A stretch of DNA of 63,390 nt, counting the filler, from Acidimicrobiia bacterium (GTDB lineage: Bacteria; Actinomycetota; Acidimicrobiia; Spongiisociales; JAHEDJ01): the NCBI GenBank assembly GCA_029210695.1. It is 18 parts of 18 records of this genome, joined end to end, with 100 filler letters (N's around TTAATTAATTAA, not from the genome) between each part and the next. Parts side by side here need not be neighbours in the genome. Positions count along the whole stretch, not along the records: positions 9,033 to 13,226 come from JARGFH010000120.1; positions 13,327 to 17,351 come from JARGFH010000121.1; positions 17,452 to 21,319 come from JARGFH010000122.1; 15 more parts are not named here. The stretch is one strand, 5' to 3'. The position numbers and the translations under genes are program-made. The notes under the pieces were generated by a model that worked only from the letters and a program-made list of their open reading frames with translations, was not told where the DNA came from and made no database searches. Positions 9,649-19,187 of the stretch are shown in pieces (within the stretch, counting starts at the first letter, position 1; each line of letters begins with the position of its first letter).

Positions 9649-10257
9649 TCACTTGTCAGCTATTGGTTGGCACGGTGCCACTGCACCTGTCGCAACAGCG
9701 AAATCGCCCTTGGTTGAAAAGCCGCCGACCGCGTTCTCGCCGTCTTGGGTACCGATCTGTTCCAGCTCTTTGTCAGTCAGGGGTTCGACCGACCAGGTGA
9801 GAACAAAGGTCTCACCGTCGCGGACAGTGTCGGGGGCCAGGGTCACCGAGATGTGTTGCTCGCTGATGCTGACCATCATGTTGGTCTCTCGGTCCACCTC
9901 TGTGTATCGGCCCGGGGCGCAGGTCTGTAGGGCGGGAAGGTAGGTGATGTCAGCGTTGATGCCATGTTCCTTCAACGCTCGCTCAAGACCCGCAGCGTCT
10001 TCGGGCCGGTTGATCTGGACGTGGACCTCGCCGGCGTTGCCCTCACCCACGGAGTAGGCAGGGGTTGAGCCGAGACCGGGCACCATAAGAATGGCCCCAA
10101 TCGCGGCAGCCACTGCGATGCCTCGCAGGACATACCGGAAAGCACCGAGGCGTTGCGACCGTTGCTCATGGCGACGTCCGGCCGCACCGGGTTCGGCTAC
10201 GTAGTCACGCAGTTCAGCCAGGAGCCGCTTTTCGAAAGAGTCGAGTTGGGTACTCAT
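9649..10257 (-). CDS. Putative membrane anti-sigma factor
   Basis: FEKRLLAEL N-terminus, one TM helix, ATGA overlap with the ECF sigma gene. Confidence 0.7.
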   Translation of the reverse strand: MSTQLDSFEKRLLAELRDYVAEPGAAGRRHEQRSQRLGAFRYVLRGIAVAAAIGAILMVPGLGSTPAYSVGEGNAGEVHVQINRPEDAAGLERALKEHGINADITYLPALQTCAPGRYTEVDRETNMMVSISEQHISVTLAPDTVRDGETFVLTWSVEPLTDKELEQIGTQDGENAVGGFSTKGDFAVATGAVAPCQPIADK

Positions 10258-10829
10258 GAGATCACCTCGATGATGCTTGGGACTGTTTGGGTCAAACGCC
10301 GACGGGCGCGGTGGTATCGCACCCGAGCGTTGTTGGGCGAAATGCCGAGGGCTTGCGCCGCCTCGTCGAGTCTGAGCCCGTCCACGGCGACGAGTTCAAC
10401 GACAGCACGCTGCCCTTCAGGCAGGTCCGCCAGTGCCTCGACCACCGCGCGAGCTTTACGCTCCGCATCGATCCGGGCAACCAGGTGTTCGGTAGCTTCG
10501 TCGTCGAGCCACTCACGAGCACGGAATCTGGCGGTGGCCCGCGCTCGTCGATAAGCGGAACGGTGATGGCTGGCAACGACATGGCGAGCGATGCCGTACA
10601 GCCAGCCAGCAGGGCTCCCCAAATCGGGCTTATACCGATGCGAACTGTCAATCGCAGCCAAGAACACGTCGGCGGTGAGGTCAGCTGCAGTCTCCGGGTC
10701 GGCAGTCCTACGAGCAACAAACCGCTGCACCTGCTCGAGGTGCTGGCGGTAAAACGCCTCGAGAGCGTCCGGGTCATGCCCGATGTCGGCAACAGCGAAG
10801 GCTGGCGTCCCTCCTACTGCGGGTGTCAT
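10254..10829 (-). CDS. ECF sigma-70 factor
   Basis: AADLTADVF, WLYGIARH, region 4 EAAQALGIS...RYHRARRRL. Confidence 0.92.
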   Translation of the reverse strand: MTPAVGGTPAFAVADIGHDPDALEAFYRQHLEQVQRFVARRTADPETAADLTADVFLAAIDSSHRYKPDLGSPAGWLYGIARHVVASHHRSAYRRARATARFRAREWLDDEATEHLVARIDAERKARAVVEALADLPEGQRAVVELVAVDGLRLDEAAQALGISPNNARVRYHRARRRLTQTVPSIIEVIS

Positions 10830-10991
10830 ATCTACTCTTCGCCGATAGGGACACAGACGTTACACCCCCAAAGGTCGTCACAATCAGCGATGGAAACGGT
10901 CCCCTTCCTGTACACGGGTTCACAACCGGGAGTCACCCGAGTCCTTCCACACGTCTAGCGTCGGCGCTCGCCGCGTCTTCAACCCAATCGA

Positions 10992-11055
10992 TACGTGCCG
11001 ATACTGAGCACTCGGCGGAATGTGCGTTCTTGTCCCCGATTTGGCGATATGGGCG
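10992..11055 (+). repeat. GTGCCG-family repeat, copy H
   Basis: TACGTGCCGATACTGAGCACTCGGCGGAATGTGCGTTCTTGTCCCCGATTTGGCGATATGG. Confidence 0.75.
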
Positions 11056-11073
11056 CTGGACCGAGGGCTTCTG

Positions 11074-12696
11074 TTAGCTGTCGGTGGTCCAGCAGCGATC
11101 ACCGAGGAGGTTTGTGATCTCCGGGCTTGAAAGCGGATCAGTCGACCCGGACGGGTCGAAGGTCCCGCTGTCGGTTCCTACCTGGATGGCGTCGTGACCC
11201 TCAATCCGGTAGATGGACCGTTCCCACGAGGCTTCGGTGGCGGACAGCAGCGTGCCATCGATGATGGCGACTTCCCGTTTCCCGTTGTCGGTGAAGTCGC
11301 CGCATCCGTAGGCGAGGAACCCATGCGGGGGCAAGCCTTCCCAGAGGGTGAGATGCTTCCCGTCGGGGGTGTGCACGTAGTCGAGGACACCATCAACGAT
11401 GGCGAGCACATCTGCGCCTGCACCCCAGGCGGCAGTACCGCCGGTGAGGATCTCATCGATCCTGTCACCATTGAGATCGGCGGCGATCAACACCTCACCG
11501 TGACCCGACCCGGGAACCGCATAGGTCGATTGGGCGGTGCACACCACTAATTCCAGGGGTCCAGTGTCGAAGATGGCCAGATCGGTCATACCGTCCCCGT
11601 CGAAATCCCCGCCGATCGCCCGCTCCGAATCACAACTGCGGAGCGGGCCTGCCCGTGGCACGGTCAACACTCCCCGGTCGAATCCACCGAAGTAGGCGAC
11701 CGCCCCGGACTTGTCGATAAGCAGCGGCCCGCCATAGGTTTGATCACAGACCAGCGCTTCGCCCAACCACTCCGCCGTGAAACAGAACCCGCCGTCGATG
11801 CGCACCCCATCACCGTATCTCAGGGTGACGGTCCTGGCGTCGAGATTGGAACCGTCCTCGATGTCGTAGCGGGTCAAGGTGAGCGTCGAGTCGGAGCCCA
11901 CAAACCCGGATTCCAGCAGGGTCACTTCGCCGTCCTTCACGACGATGGCGAGCGATGCTTCCGGACCAGGTGGCAAGGCCCAGACCTCCGTACCATCCAT
12001 CGACCTCACTCCGAAACCCTGCCGTCCCTCGCCTCCACTCACCAACGCCACTTTCTCGCCGGCAAGCCGCGCTTGACTCACCCCCGACTCCCAACCACCG
12101 ACCGACCCCAGATCGGTTGAAACACCGGTGACCAGATCCACCAACAGAAGCCGCACGTCGCGGTCGTCGGGGCCACCCTCGACCGTCGAGGTAGCGAGCG
12201 CCACCGCCCGACCATCGACCACACCTGCATCAAATAACCTGAGCTGGCCCGCACTCATCGGCAAGGGCCTGACCCCGGCCGGGTCAAACACCAAGATGGG
12301 ACCCTCAACCCACCGCGGGTACACACCACCCGTATCGGTCGACCGCTGGGCAACCACCAGACCCTCGCCAACCATGAACGCCACCGCCGTCGGCTCATCC
12401 CACAACTGCACGATCGGCGCCCCATCCCCATGCAAAACCAGGAATATCCCGTCGTCGGAAGCCACCACCTCCTCCGCAACCAGCGGCAAAGAAGCCTCCT
12501 CGAAGCTCGACCCCGCCGTGGTGGACGTCGTCAAGGTTGTTGAACTCGTCGTCAGGACTACCACAGAACTAGTCGTCGATGAGGGAGCCGTCGATGAGGA
12601 AACGGCAGCCTCGCCACAGCCAGAGACCCACACCGACACAACAACGGCGGCCACGACGTGTAGCCACCGGTCCGACCAGCCTGTCTCCTGTGCCAT
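11074..12696 (-). CDS. Lipoprotein with S/T linker and FG-GAP/VCBS-like Ca-binding repeats
   Basis: VSGC lipobox; GDFDGDGMTD, ADLNGDRIDE, GDFTDNGKRE. Confidence 0.8.
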   Translation of the reverse strand: MAQETGWSDRWLHVVAAVVVSVWVSGCGEAAVSSSTAPSSTTSSVVVLTTSSTTLTTSTTAGSSFEEASLPLVAEEVVASDDGIFLVLHGDGAPIVQLWDEPTAVAFMVGEGLVVAQRSTDTGGVYPRWVEGPILVFDPAGVRPLPMSAGQLRLFDAGVVDGRAVALATSTVEGGPDDRDVRLLLVDLVTGVSTDLGSVGGWESGVSQARLAGEKVALVSGGEGRQGFGVRSMDGTEVWALPPGPEASLAIVVKDGEVTLLESGFVGSDSTLTLTRYDIEDGSNLDARTVTLRYGDGVRIDGGFCFTAEWLGEALVCDQTYGGPLLIDKSGAVAYFGGFDRGVLTVPRAGPLRSCDSERAIGGDFDGDGMTDLAIFDTGPLELVVCTAQSTYAVPGSGHGEVLIAADLNGDRIDEILTGGTAAWGAGADVLAIVDGVLDYVHTPDGKHLTLWEGLPPHGFLAYGCGDFTDNGKREVAIIDGTLLSATEASWERSIYRIEGHDAIQVGTDSGTFDPSGSTDPLSSPEITNLLGDRCWTTDS

Positions 12697-12807
12697 GCAA
12701 CTTGAACGCTACCTACGGCCGCCCGGTTCCCCAACGCATTCATCGACCATCGACCAGACCACCACCAGTGACCGCACTGAAGCGAGGCGCCGCACGCCTA
12801 CGTGCCT

Positions 12808-13226
12808 GATAGGGCTGTAGGGGCGTTGCGGGAGTTGGTTCCGTAACGTTGCAGGGGTCCCGGTGGGTGTCGCTCTCGACGTGCCTGCCGCCCGTGAGGG
12901 TTGGCTTTCGAGCGAGCTGTCGTGCTCGCCGGGATCTCTGCTGGCGGTGTGGCTCGAAACAGGCGTAGCACGCAGGACCGTATCAGGAGTGCCCACCGTC
13001 AGATCCACCGACCCCCGAACCAGAGGAGGTGTGTCATGTCGGTGATGATTGGAATCGACCCCGCGAAGGGTTCTCATGCCGCGGCGGCGGTGAACGGTAG
13101 CGAGGAGGCGGTGGCGGAGCTCGAGGTCCGTGCCAGCCGCCGTCAGACCAGCGAGCTGTTGGCCTGGGCGGAGCAGTTCCCACAGCGAAAGTGGGCAATC
13201 GAGTCCGCCAACGGGCACGGCTATCT
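12808..13226 (+). mobile_element. IS110-family element: left non-coding end and transposase 5' part (ATG 13036)
   Basis: MSVMIGIDPAKGSH...WAIE DEDD-type N-terminus, GGAGG RBS, ~230 bp non-coding leader. Confidence 0.88.
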
Positions 13227-13326
13227 NNNNNNNNNNNNNNNNNNNNNNNNNNNNNNNNNNNNNNNNNNNNTTAATTAATTAANNNNNNNNNNNNNNNNNN
13301 NNNNNNNNNNNNNNNNNNNNNNNNNN

Positions 13327-13401
13327 ACTACGCTCAACTGACCACTACCGGATGACTTGGAAACCAAACAACCGAGTCTCCATCAAACCCAGGGCGGTTC
13401 A
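13327..13401. mobile_element. IS3-family terminus (same sequence at 35508-35583 and 48878-48951)
   Basis: TGAACCGCCCTGGGTTTGATGGAGACTC IR, three copies at contig ends. Confidence 0.85.
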
Positions 13402-13546
13402 CCGACCACCCAGGAAGCGCCCTTCGATGGCAGCCTGGGCGGCCATCGCCGAGCGAACTCGGGTTTTGATGCGGTTGCGTTCGCCTTTGCTCATTCCCCC
13501 GTAGAGGCTCATCACCAGGTCGTGAGCATCTGAGCCTGGATCGACC
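13402..13546 (-). pseudogene. Internal fragment of a paralog of the 6292-7941 serine recombinase
   Basis: Translates VDPGSDAHDLVMSLYGGMSKGERNRIKTRVRSAMAAQAAIEGRFLGGR. Confidence 0.85.
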
Positions 13547-13829
13547 CCGACGGCTGGAACCTAACGGTCACGCCAGTCCTAGTGGAGATCCCTCCCGGAT
13601 ACCCGACCACACCCCGGACAACATCTGCGTGACCGCCGACCTCCGCCTCGCCAACGGAGCGACACCAGCGAACACGATGGGAATCCGTGAGATAGCCGAC
13701 CGTTCGTGGCTGCAATTCTCCTATCACATCGAAGCCGCCGACTGGCGGCCGCAGCCGGATCTCTCCCAATCGGACACGTTGGTGACGTACCTGGTCGGAG
13801 CTTTACATCGCCTCGAGGAGGTGAACTGA
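13546..13829 (+). pseudogene. Prokaryotic E2/UBC (family E-like) fragment, 5' truncated and frameshifted
   Basis: PDGWN...IPPGYPTTP/PDNICV..LRLANG..W.QFS.H....WRP...L.TYL; one C missing in the C-run near 13612-13615. Confidence 0.7.
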
Positions 13830-15487
13830 TGGCTGGTCTACGATTCATCGACGACCTCGATCACCGCCGCGTGGCTCAGCACCTGTTCTCAGGGCCGGGG
13901 GAGCGGTTCGCGTTCCTGATTTGTCGCTGGCAGCCAACCACCGAAGGTCCGTCACTGGTCGTGGTGGATGCGACCCTCGTCGACCCGGCCGACGTTGCCG
14001 TCGATGATGACGGGTGGAGCATGTCCGACCGTGCCCTCGACAACGTGGTGAACACAGCGGCCACGACGGGCCTGGTGCTCGTCGAAGCCCACAATCACAG
14101 CCTCGGGCCACCGGGCTTCTCAGCGACGGATCGTGCTGGATTGGAGCCGTTCGCCAACTACGTCCTCGACTCGTTCCGTGACCGACCTTACGGCGCCACC
14201 GTCTGGGCGGACGACATGGTGTACGGGGAGTGGTTCAGCCGCGCCGGGGACAAGACCGAAACCGGCGTCATCGATCGGATCGTTCTCGCTGGTGCGACCC
14301 TTCAGGCGTTGACCGCACCCAATGCTGGCATGCGGCTCGACCAAGAGATTACCGATCGGCAACTGGCGGTCTTCGGCGTAACCGGCCAGCAAACCCTCGG
14401 GCGGCTACGCGTGGGCCTCGTCGGGCTCGGTGGCACCGGCTCCCACATGGCTCAGAATCTCGCCTACCTTGGGGTCCGAGAGTTCGTCCTCGTGGACGGT
14501 GACGCGGTTGAGGTCTCCAACCTCAACCGCCTGGTCACCGCCGAACGCGGCGACGTGGCGGCGCCGAAGGTTGTCACCGCCGAACGCACCATCCACACCA
14601 TCGCACCAGACGCGGTCGTGCAAGGCGTCGAGGCAGCGGTCAGAGCTGAAGACGACCACGTCGCACGCCGGCTCGCCGATGTGGACCTGATCATCGGCTG
14701 CGTCGACAACGACGGTCCCCGCCTACTCCTCAACCGTCTCGCCGTGGCCCACCAGATGCCCTATCTCGATGTCGCTACCGGCATCACCGTCGACGGCGGC
14801 CGAACCGTCGAAGCCGGCAGACGCGTCGCCTTCACAGCCCCCGGTGGGCCCTGTCTTGGATGCACCCACGAACTCGACGTCAACGAGGTGGGCGACTACT
14901 TCCTCACAGAGGACGAGCGCCAACGTACCCAACACCACGGTTACCTTGCCGGCGACGACACGCCAGAGCTCGGCGCCCGCGGCGGAACGATGCCGACTGT
15001 GCTCCACCAGGTCACAAGCTTGATCGTGGAACACTCCGATATCGTTGGCCTCGATAACGACTTCGGCGAGGCAACTCCCGTGGAGCTTCAGGTGCTCGCG
15101 CCCGTACGTACGCTGATCGAAAAGCTCACGATCTTGCACCATGCTGCAACGATCGGCAACCCGGCAGAACAGGCCCGGCTCGCTCGTCACTATTACGACG
15201 TCTGGTGCCTCCTCAGCGATGAAGAGACCGTGGCCGCACTATCGATCTCGCCGGCCGACGTGCTCGTCCGCGAAGTGGCGACGTTCACCGAGGCAGCGGG
15301 TCTTGAGACCACAAGGCGCCCGCGGTCGGGCTATGCAGACTCGCCGGCATTCAACGTTGATACGAACGAGGCAGTTCGCGCCGCATTCAACGAAGTGGTG
15401 ATAGATCAGCTCGTATGGCCAAGCGCGCCCAGGCCAACGTTCGAAGAGTGCTGCGCAGCAATCCACACTCGCTCGACTCTTCTCTGA
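13829..15487 (+). CDS. Chimeric JAB-like plus ThiF/E1 protein ending in an AbiEii-like C-terminal half
   Basis: E...HNH...FS..D JAB motif; GLGGTGS, DGDAVEVSNLNR, GCVD, CLGC (ThiF); from about 14965 ELGARGG, RTLIEK, ARHYYD (AbiEii). Confidence 0.75.
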   Translation: MAGLRFIDDLDHRRVAQHLFSGPGERFAFLICRWQPTTEGPSLVVVDATLVDPADVAVDDDGWSMSDRALDNVVNTAATTGLVLVEAHNHSLGPPGFSATDRAGLEPFANYVLDSFRDRPYGATVWADDMVYGEWFSRAGDKTETGVIDRIVLAGATLQALTAPNAGMRLDQEITDRQLAVFGVTGQQTLGRLRVGLVGLGGTGSHMAQNLAYLGVREFVLVDGDAVEVSNLNRLVTAERGDVAAPKVVTAERTIHTIAPDAVVQGVEAAVRAEDDHVARRLADVDLIIGCVDNDGPRLLLNRLAVAHQMPYLDVATGITVDGGRTVEAGRRVAFTAPGGPCLGCTHELDVNEVGDYFLTEDERQRTQHHGYLAGDDTPELGARGGTMPTVLHQVTSLIVEHSDIVGLDNDFGEATPVELQVLAPVRTLIEKLTILHHAATIGNPAEQARLARHYYDVWCLLSDEETVAALSISPADVLVREVATFTEAAGLETTRRPRSGYADSPAFNVDTNEAVRAAFNEVVIDQLVWPSAPRPTFEECCAAIHTRSTLL

Positions 15488-15703
15488 AGAAACATGGAAC
15501 CTGTGCAAGAGAGTGGCGTGCAACTCTCGCTGGAATCAGAGCGCGATGGCAGCGTCGATTATCGTCGCAGCACCGGTAGTGACTGTCATCACCGACGGTG
15601 ATCAACCACTCAGAGACCAACAGCAGCCACAATCCTGGATATGCATGTTCATGTTCGGATCGACATCGTCAGCCGAGTTCGAAGAGTGACGTGGGAGTAG
15701 CCG

Positions 15704-16309
15704 ATGCCTGAGGCCTACCTGGATGCACAGACCCAAGGGATCGGAGAGGTGATTCGCAGCCGAAGGCTTTTCCAGGTGCCGGATCATCAGCGAGACTTCG
15801 CTTGGACAAACGACGAAGTAGAGCAGCTCTTCAGTGACGTGGTCCGAGCTATTCAGGACACTGCCCCCGAGTACTTCCTCGGTCTCATCGTCTTAGTAGC
15901 ACCAGGCGAAGGCGATGCGTGGCAGATCCTCGATGGCCAACAGCGGTTGGCGACCACGACCATGGTGTACGCCGCCACACGAACGTGGCTTCGGGAGCGA
16001 GGCTTCGATACCGACGCCCACGACATACAGCGCGAATACATCGGCTACCGGTCGCTTGGAGAGGATGACGATCTCCCGAGGCTGACCTTGACCAGGGCAT
16101 ACGCCGAACACGGCCCATCGTCCATGGCTGCTCGGAAGAGCCCGGTAGCTCCTGCCGTTCAGGATCCTGCATGGATCCTCGTCATACCCCCACTTGACAG
16201 TGCCAGAGCACTGCGTGGCGCACCACTCCGACGAACGACCCGGCCATTGGGCGAAGCTGGAGGATCAGCCGGACTCGGGCTCGGAGTATGTCAACCCATG
16301 ATGGAGTGA
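15704..16309 (+). pseudogene. DUF262 (GmrSD-like) N-terminal fragment
   Basis: VPDHQRDFAW, YFLG, ILDGQQRL motifs; recognisable homology stops near 16095. Confidence 0.8.
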
Positions 16310-16587
16310 GTCTCGCTCTGCTCTTTGGGCTCCGCAGGCGGCCGGATTCTCTCGAAAAGGGGATTGAGACCTGTTGACGGCCTGGCTCAACCGTGGTCAG
16401 ATTAGTTGCAGAGGATCAGCGCAAAGCAAAGGAGGAAGGATAGAAGGATGGTTCTCATCGCTGGTCGCGCATCCGTGCCAGCACCGGCGATAGTCAGTTT
16501 CCGACTCTGCCGGAAGGGCGTTGTGCGGGACCCCCGCGGACGCCAAGCAGAGGTGAAGCACCAGGGCAGTTTTCAAGGGGCCACAAC

Positions 16588-16986
16588 ATGGCCAGGGCCA
16601 TTATCCTTAGAGCACCGTTGGCCGCCATCTTGGCGTGCACGGCTCTCTTTGTAGGTTGTAGCGACACGACGAACATTCCTGTCGTAGACCTTACATCGTG
16701 TGACGATCTCTTCGATGTAGCCATCGAATCTGTCATTCGGTTGCGATCTGACAGCGCCACAATCACGGAACGGGCTTTTCTCCTAGTTGAGCCCGAAGCC
16801 GAAGCGGCGATGCAGGCGTACCTAAACCGGCGAGACGAAGTCAGAGACCGCGCCCGTCATCTCGGCTGCGACATGAGCGACCTCGATGAGAGGTATCGGA
16901 GCCGGGTGCTCGAGTTGGCGCCCGAGACCGAAGGCGGACTCATGGCTCTCGCAAATGGCTTTCACCTCGGACCGTTCGCGCCCTAG
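16588..16986 (+). CDS. Hypothetical lipoprotein
   Basis: FVGC lipobox after a hydrophobic signal. Confidence 0.6.
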   Translation: MARAIILRAPLAAILACTALFVGCSDTTNIPVVDLTSCDDLFDVAIESVIRLRSDSATITERAFLLVEPEAEAAMQAYLNRRDEVRDRARHLGCDMSDLDERYRSRVLELAPETEGGLMALANGFHLGPFAP

Positions 16987-17031
16987 AGGGTTCAGACGCT
17001 CGACGCCGGCCTGCCTACGGAAGGAGGGACA

Positions 17032-17203
17032 ATGCCTACTCGTTCCAAAGTATTGATTCTCCTCGCCGCAGTTCTCTTCGTGGTAGCCACAACCTCTGTC
17101 GCATCGGCAGATCACGGGTATTGGAGCAAGCACCAACACGTGATTGGCGAACCATCAGGTTCGGACTACTCCGCCTATGCAGTGGTCGACGCTGCCGACG
17201 CAT
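17032..17203 (+). pseudogene. Secreted protein interrupted by IS21-like element
   Basis: GGAGG RBS, signal peptide ending ASA; IS end begins at 17204. Confidence 0.55.
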
Positions 17204-17351
17204 TGTCAAGGGCCATCTTGATGTCCTCGCTGGTGGCCATCGGCGGTCCTCGCTGGTGGCCAAGAAAGGTCCTCGTGTTTTAGGTGTTACCTCCTCCGGT
17301 GGTGCGGTGGGTGAGTCGGTAGCTTTGGCCGGTGGTGGTGATGATGTGGGC
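17204..17351. mobile_element. IS21-family terminus (copy at 52080-52155; related end at 39131-39206)
   Basis: TGTCAAGG terminus with repeated GTCCTCGCTGGTGGCCA motifs. Confidence 0.75.
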
Positions 17352-17451
17352 NNNNNNNNNNNNNNNNNNNNNNNNNNNNNNNNNNNNNNNNNNNNTTAAT
17401 TAATTAANNNNNNNNNNNNNNNNNNNNNNNNNNNNNNNNNNNNNNNNNNNN

Positions 17452-17527
17452 GCGCCTGCAGTTTCTTTGACATAACTCCATCCTCGCTTCCAAGGTAAAG
17501 AGTCTCCAAGAATCCCAGGGCGATACA
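17452..17527 (-). mobile_element. IS3-family left end (copies 42316-42390, 54760-54835; variant 21420-21495)
   Basis: TGTATCGCCCTGGGATTCTTGGAGACTC IR then RBS and MSKKLQA; resembles the 13327-type IR. Confidence 0.85.
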
Positions 17528-17809
17528 GGTCGACGTCCGGCCCTGCCTCGTGAATTGTTTGATATGTTCGAGGCCGCAAAACAAACCGCATACGCGACCC
17601 GCGACCTGCTTCGCCTCAATTCACTGCTGTTCTCCCACTTGCACTTCGAGGAGCAGGATCGGGAGTTCGGCGAAGACCCCTTCCCCTATGGCGTCTCCGC
17701 CAACGCAGCCGCGATTCGAACGGCGATCAACCGCTCCGTCGCCGACGGTTTGCTCGAGCGACCGCTTCAACTTGAAGAGCTCTTTCCGGCGGAACTCCTC
17801 GAAACCTAG
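17528..17809 (+). pseudogene. C-terminal fragment of 4,5-dihydroxyphthalate decarboxylase-like protein
   Basis: DPFPYG..AN...I......GL..R....EELF motif; cut by IS3. Confidence 0.65.
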
Positions 17810-17829
17810 GATGAGACGAGAGACTCCCC

Positions 17830-19187
17830 GTGGAAGTGATTGACAACATGGATCTTCCCCGCCGACGCGACAATCAGCAGTGGATTCTCGATTACCTGAT
17901 CAAGACCACCGGACGGGCGCAGACTTTTGAGCCTGACACGCGCATCCTTCCGGCCGAGGTACGCAGTCATGTCATGATCTCCAAGATCGTCGGTCAACGG
18001 GCGCTGCGCTCGGAGCAACTGGCGCGTGACGCGGAAGCGGCTGGGCATCGGCACGTCGCGCTCACTGCATACGCAGACGCGGTCAGGTCATACGTCGATG
18101 CCCAACACAGCATTTTCGACCCGGAGCGGTTCGACGAGAAACGGTACTGGTTCGACCGCGCGATCGCCTGTAACACTCGTGTCCGTGCCTTGTCACCGCA
18201 CCCTATCGAGCGTATCGAGGTTCCCTGGGAGGCCGCGTCGATGCCGGCTCACCTCCATCTCCAGCCGGGAAGGAAGAAGGGGCCCATGATTCTGTTCATT
18301 CCGGGTATGGACGGAACAAAGGAAACGTCCGGCATCGGTCCGCTGGCTGAGGTGTTCATGCCGCACGGTGTCCACGTATTCAGCATGGATGGACCTGGCC
18401 AGGGGGAGAGCACTTTGCGAGGGCTCCATATCACCGACGACAACTACGAGCGGGCCATCTCTGCCGCGCTTGATCTGTTGCTCGAGCTTCCGGAGGTCGA
18501 TCCCGAACGTATTGCGGTGATCGGACGGAGCTTCGGATCTCTCTGGGCGTTACGTGCAGCAGCACGCGACCCACGAGTCAAAGCGGTGGCGGTGGACGCG
18601 GTCTGCTTCGGAGACAAACGGGCAATTTTCGAGCGGGCGTCTCCAAGGTTCAAACAGATCTTCATGATGATGGCCGGTGAGGATGACGAGGCCCGTTTCG
18701 ACCGAATGGCAGAGCGCATGGTGATCCTCGGTCACGGCTCCAAGATCATGTGTCCCACCTTGATATCGGCTGGGGAGTTCGACCCGCTAACCACCCTGCA
18801 TGAAGTCGAAGCGGTGTTCGATGAACTCGCCGGTCCCAAGGAGTTGTGGATTCTGGAGGATCAATTCCACTCCTATCGTGACGTCCCGGGTCTTCTAGTG
18901 GTCCGTCGCGGATTTGGTGACTTGGTCTCCTGCCGGACGATCCCCGCTGTGGCAGGGTTCGTGGCACTGCCTACCCCGGTCATCAAATAGCAGACAGACC
19001 ACTAGGTATCGACAATCTTCACTTCATGGTGGATTGGATCCTGGACGCCCTCAACGGCCGCTACGACGTGGACCACCGGCGAGCGACGCTGGTCACGAAG
19101 GGTGGGGCGGGCCCTTACCGAGATCAATCTCCGTTCCGACCGTGGCGAGAAGACGGAGACAGGAAGGAAGCAACCGCCTATGAGTGA
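17830..19187 (+). pseudogene. Alpha/beta hydrolase (FrsA / 2,6-dihydroxypseudooxynicotine hydrolase-like) interrupted by a MITE
   Basis: PGMDGTKE, DGPGQGES, GRSFG, GEFDPL; frame restored to TGA 19187 when the insertion is removed. Confidence 0.85.
18895..19005. mobile_element. MITE of 103 bp between two CTAG copies
   Basis: Imperfect IRs GTGGTCCGTCGCGGATTTGGTGAC / GTGGTCTGTCTGCTATTTGATGAC; same right part at 35684-35755. Confidence 0.85.

Noticed and set aside
17204..17280. Repeated GTCCTCGCTGGTGGCCA as mini-CRISPR or iterons
   Set aside because: Starts with TGT, truncates genes at two loci and fits IS21 terminal repeats.
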